A stretch of 64,000 bases of DNA. Source: Cyanobacteria bacterium P01_F01_bin.150. GTDB taxonomy: Bacteria > Cyanobacteriota > Cyanobacteriia > CAKZMO01. The translations under genes and the position numbers were made by a program. Below are positions 61,169-64,000 of the stretch, one piece after another (position 1 is the stretch's first letter; every line of letters starts with the position of its first letter). Under the pieces are notes generated by a model, which did no database searches, was not told the origin of the DNA, and saw only the letters and a list, made by a program, of their open reading frames with translations. The stretch is from NCBI GenBank assembly GCA_039189765.1, contig JBCCYL010000009.1, forward strand, positions 1-64,000. The letters run 5' to 3'.

Positions 61169-64000
61169 TTAAAGCCAATTGCCCAACAGGACAAAGGGTG
61201 CCCAATAATAAGGAACATTAAGGTTTGGATCTGGATCGTTTAGGAGAGAAAGTTGGGCTTGTCGGAGCGCTTCTGCTTTAGTCACGTCTTGATTAACCCA
61301 AACGTCATAGAATTTTGCCATGGTTTGTGATGTGGACGCGTCATCAACGGTCCATAGGGAGGCTAAGGTACTTCGCGCCCCCGATCGCACCGCCATTCCT
61401 GCCAACCCTAAACTTGCTCGACTATCTCCCGATGCCGTTTTACAGGCACTTAGCACTAATAGCTCAATAGGGCGACGGCGATTGAGTTCACTTGACTGGA
61501 GCAGGGTACTCACTTCATTGATATTTAGACGAGTATCCCAGGCTAGGATAAACGTATTTTCGACCTGAGGTCCAAACTCTCCATGGGTGGCTAAATGCAC
61601 CACTGGTGCAGATGTTGCACTAATGCGGTCTTGAATGGTGCGCTCAGTAAATCGTTCGTTAAGCAACTGCTGACTAGACGCAACGATCGCCCCAATTTGA
61701 TCAAACTCATCATTCACATTGGGCAATGGAGTGAAGTCTTGCTCGTCTTCTGGAATTTCACTCAGCCCACCCATAAATACTTCTAATTCTTGGACATTAG
61801 GGGGAGCTGATTCCGTCAGTTGGATACCGGGGGCAAGGGCAATGCTATAGGTTTCAAGCAGGTAGCGATCGCCATCAAATAGCGTTGCCATTGGAATACT
61901 GCGGAGTGCCCCGTCCAACACAAAAACCAGGGTTTTAACACCACTCTTTTCCAGTTCTTCCGCAAAGGGGGCTAACAACCAGTCATATAGCATCTTTAAG
62001 TTTTGCTGAAGCTGAGCTTTGCTTCCACGACTTAAGCGACGCTGAGTCATAAAGCTGCGTATCAGTCGCGTGGTGTTTTCAATCTCTTGCGTAGACACAG
62101 GGCTTGCACTATTGAGAATAGAGCGTGATGGTTTATTGGAGGCAACATCGTCCGTGGCCGTTTGCTTAGTGGATAGTGAATCTGGTTGGGACTCGTTGGT
62201 TGTAGTTTGAGCGGTGGGCTGGGGTAAACTCAGAATAACTTCGAGGCGATCGCTCAAAATAATCGGGTAGATCACTGCGGCTTGTGAATCTACCTCATCG
62301 ATATTGACATCATTGGCATTGAGACACGACTCTCGAAAAAAGTTATCAAGTTCAGCAAGCTGTAGGTCTTCAATGGTTTGACGGGCTTTTTCCAGATCCT
62401 GATCCTTCTGATTTTTGTCAGATGTGGAGACCTTATTCGGCTCAAGTAACAACTCTACCAATTCACGGTGGATTGGTTCAGTGGTGTCTCGAAAGGAAAA
62501 CTGCACGTTTCGATCTACTGCTGCCAGATCCTGCCGCAACACTTTAAGCGATTGGATCGCCTGATCGTAGGCTGCGATCGCCCCCTCTCTATCATTACCC
62601 TGTCGTCGTAACTGGGCCAACTGCCAATACCATCGATAGGTGATCTCATCCGCATTAGCCCTTTGGGCTAATTGAAGGGCTTGTTGGGTTAAGTAAAGGG
62701 ACTCACCCCGCCGATTCTGTTTTTCTACATCGGTTTCTTCTTCCCTTTCAGCCTTTATGTATACGGTGCCGAGAGTTCCCAACACCTGGGCCTGAACTCT
62801 AGCATCTCCTAAAGATTCTGCCTGTTGGTTTGCTGTCGCTAACAGGGTTGCAATGTCGGTCCACTGAATTAGCTGGATGGATGGAGGAAGAGAATCGGCT
62901 GTATCGATTTGCTTTTGCTTGAGTCGTATTAGTTCTTGTGCGAGATCAACTCGCTGGTAAATACTAGTGCGGCTAGGGGGCAGAGACTGGAACTGGAGCT
63001 GAATTTGAGTTCTAAGCGGCTGTAGCTCTTGCCAAGGGATGGCTTCATCGTTTTCCGTCAGCAAAAGATGGAATTTTTTCAGACGGGCATCAATCTGGGT
63101 AGATGCTGAAGGGGATTGGTCGATCGCTTGCTGATATAGGTTTAGAGCGCTCTCAATAAGGACCTGTCGTTGGAATTCAAAGTCCGAGTCTTGAATTCGA
63201 AACGCTTTTGCCCGTTGAACATCTCCCTGGCTGAGGTAAATATCGGCGATCGCCTGGTCCAACTCAAATCGCTTGGCCATCACCAATGCCTGATCCAAAA
63301 TTGTGGTTGCATCTGGTTGCAGAGCATTCTGACCAGTCCTGTTTGGGATCTTTTGATCGATCTCCGTATTCACAGATGATGAAGGTGCCAAAATTCCAGC
63401 AATGCGGAGAGCATTCCCTAAACTATGGAGGGTCGAGACCTTTGTTGGAGAATCCGGCTCAGCGGCTAGTGTATTCCGAATCTCGGTTAGCTGGTCGATG
63501 GCTTGCTGATAAAATCCCATCGACTGTAGGGCTTGGGTTTGATTAAATTGGCTTTTAATGATGCCAGTTTGATCACCCGCTTGACGATAATAGGTTGCAG
63601 CTTGTTTCCAGGTCTCCACCGCATCACGGAACTGGCCTTGGGAAAATTGCAGTTTTCCCTGAATCATCAAGGATTGAGCCATTACATCAGCCTTGCCATT
63701 CTCAGTTAAAGGCGTTAGTAAGCTAAGGCTCGTTTCAATAGTGGTGCGAGCGTCGCGCCAGTTGCCAAGCTGTTGATGGGCTAAAGACAAGTTACTAAGG
63801 GCGATCGCCTGCTGCAACGTATCACCACTGGCCTCATAGGTGGCCAATGCCTGTTGCAAAAGCTGGATGGCTTCCCTATACTGTCCAGCTTCGTAGCGAT
63901 CGCGCCCTTGCTCGACTAGGCCTTGCGCCGTTGGGTAAAGAGAAGACGGGCTAGATGGTGCTTGCGTGGTGAAGGGGCGACTCGGCGCAACGCGATTGGA
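61169..64000 (-). CDS. TPR + CHAT (caspase-like) domain protein; 5' end outside the window
   Basis: Frame is open from 64000; TPR-like repeats; VHLATHG and LVLSAC catalytic dyad motifs; PYYWAPFVLLGNWL. Confidence 0.92.
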   Translation of the reverse strand, partial: SNRVAPSRPFTTQAPSSPSSLYPTAQGLVEQGRDRYEAGQYREAIQLLQQALATYEASGDTLQQAIALSNLSLAHQQLGNWRDARTTIETSLSLLTPLTENGKADVMAQSLMIQGKLQFSQGQFRDAVETWKQAATYYRQAGDQTGIIKSQFNQTQALQSMGFYQQAIDQLTEIRNTLAAEPDSPTKVSTLHSLGNALRIAGILAPSSSVNTEIDQKIPNRTGQNALQPDATTILDQALVMAKRFELDQAIADIYLSQGDVQRAKAFRIQDSDFEFQRQVLIESALNLYQQAIDQSPSASTQIDARLKKFHLLLTENDEAIPWQELQPLRTQIQLQFQSLPPSRTSIYQRVDLAQELIRLKQKQIDTADSLPPSIQLIQWTDIATLLATANQQAESLGDARVQAQVLGTLGTVYIKAEREEETDVEKQNRRGESLYLTQQALQLAQRANADEITYRWYWQLAQLRRQGNDREGAIAAYDQAIQSLKVLRQDLAAVDRNVQFSFRDTTEPIHRELVELLLEPNKVSTSDKNQKDQDLEKARQTIEDLQLAELDNFFRESCLNANDVNIDEVDSQAAVIYPIILSDRLEVILSLPQPTAQTTTNESQPDSLSTKQTATDDVASNKPSRSILNSASPVSTQEIENTTRLIRSFMTQRRLSRGSKAQLQQNLKMLYDWLLAPFAEELEKSGVKTLVFVLDGALRSIPMATLFDGDRYLLETYSIALAPGIQLTESAPPNVQELEVFMGGLSEIPEDEQDFTPLPNVNDEFDQIGAIVASSQQLLNERFTERTIQDRISATSAPVVHLATHGEFGPQVENTFILAWDTRLNINEVSTLLQSSELNRRRPIELLVLSACKTASGDSRASLGLAGMAVRSGARSTLASLWTVDDASTSQTMAKFYDVWVNQDVTKAEALRQAQLSLLNDPDPNLNVPYYWAPFVLLGNWL

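Noticed and set aside
2393..63546. Numerous antisense and nested ORFs in the ORF track
   Set aside because: They overlap well-supported genes on the other strand or frame and show no independent motifs
61169..64000. TPR-CHAT protease as a CRISPR-associated or defence caspase
   Set aside because: TPR-CHAT proteins are common in cyanobacteria; no Cas or substrate gene is visible and the upstream context lies outside the window
1618..64000. Abundant GCGATCGC octamers
   Set aside because: This is HIP1, a well-known cyanobacterial feature; used only as a taxonomic and compositional marker

Overview
Most of this window (~1.62-64 kb) is cyanobacterial chromosome: HIP1 octamers (GCGATCGC) are abundant, there are short tandem heptamer/octamer repeats, and the genes are typical of cyanobacteria. 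The first ~1.6 kb looks like animal DNA: it contains a spliceosomal exon that closely resembles rootletin/CROCC. It joins the bacterial sequence in the loop of a repeated hairpin, so a chimeric assembly is most likely. From 1.7 to 38 kb the genes are mostly housekeeping (nfu, agmatinase, VKOR-Trx, tkt, fabF, acpP, GH57, codA, ruvX, recF, two-component genes), with a fused TIGR04282/TIGR04283-type glycosyltransferase, a candidate sRNA and several decayed genes. From 38 to 64 kb the region is accessory. The three best candidates for undescribed systems are: (i) a ~1340-aa fusion of a NodU/CmcH O-carbamoyltransferase with an NPPF-motif methyltransferase, a possible N-methylcarbamoyl-installing enzyme; (ii) an HTH-STAND-WD40 gene with a helical partner gene and a divergent NfeD-like gene, separated by two phased repeat arrays; (iii) a DUF488-DUF488-dual-OB module interrupted by a DUF4058-like gene. 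No rRNA, tRNA or CRISPR array was recognised. All family assignments come from motif recognition by eye, not from database searches.
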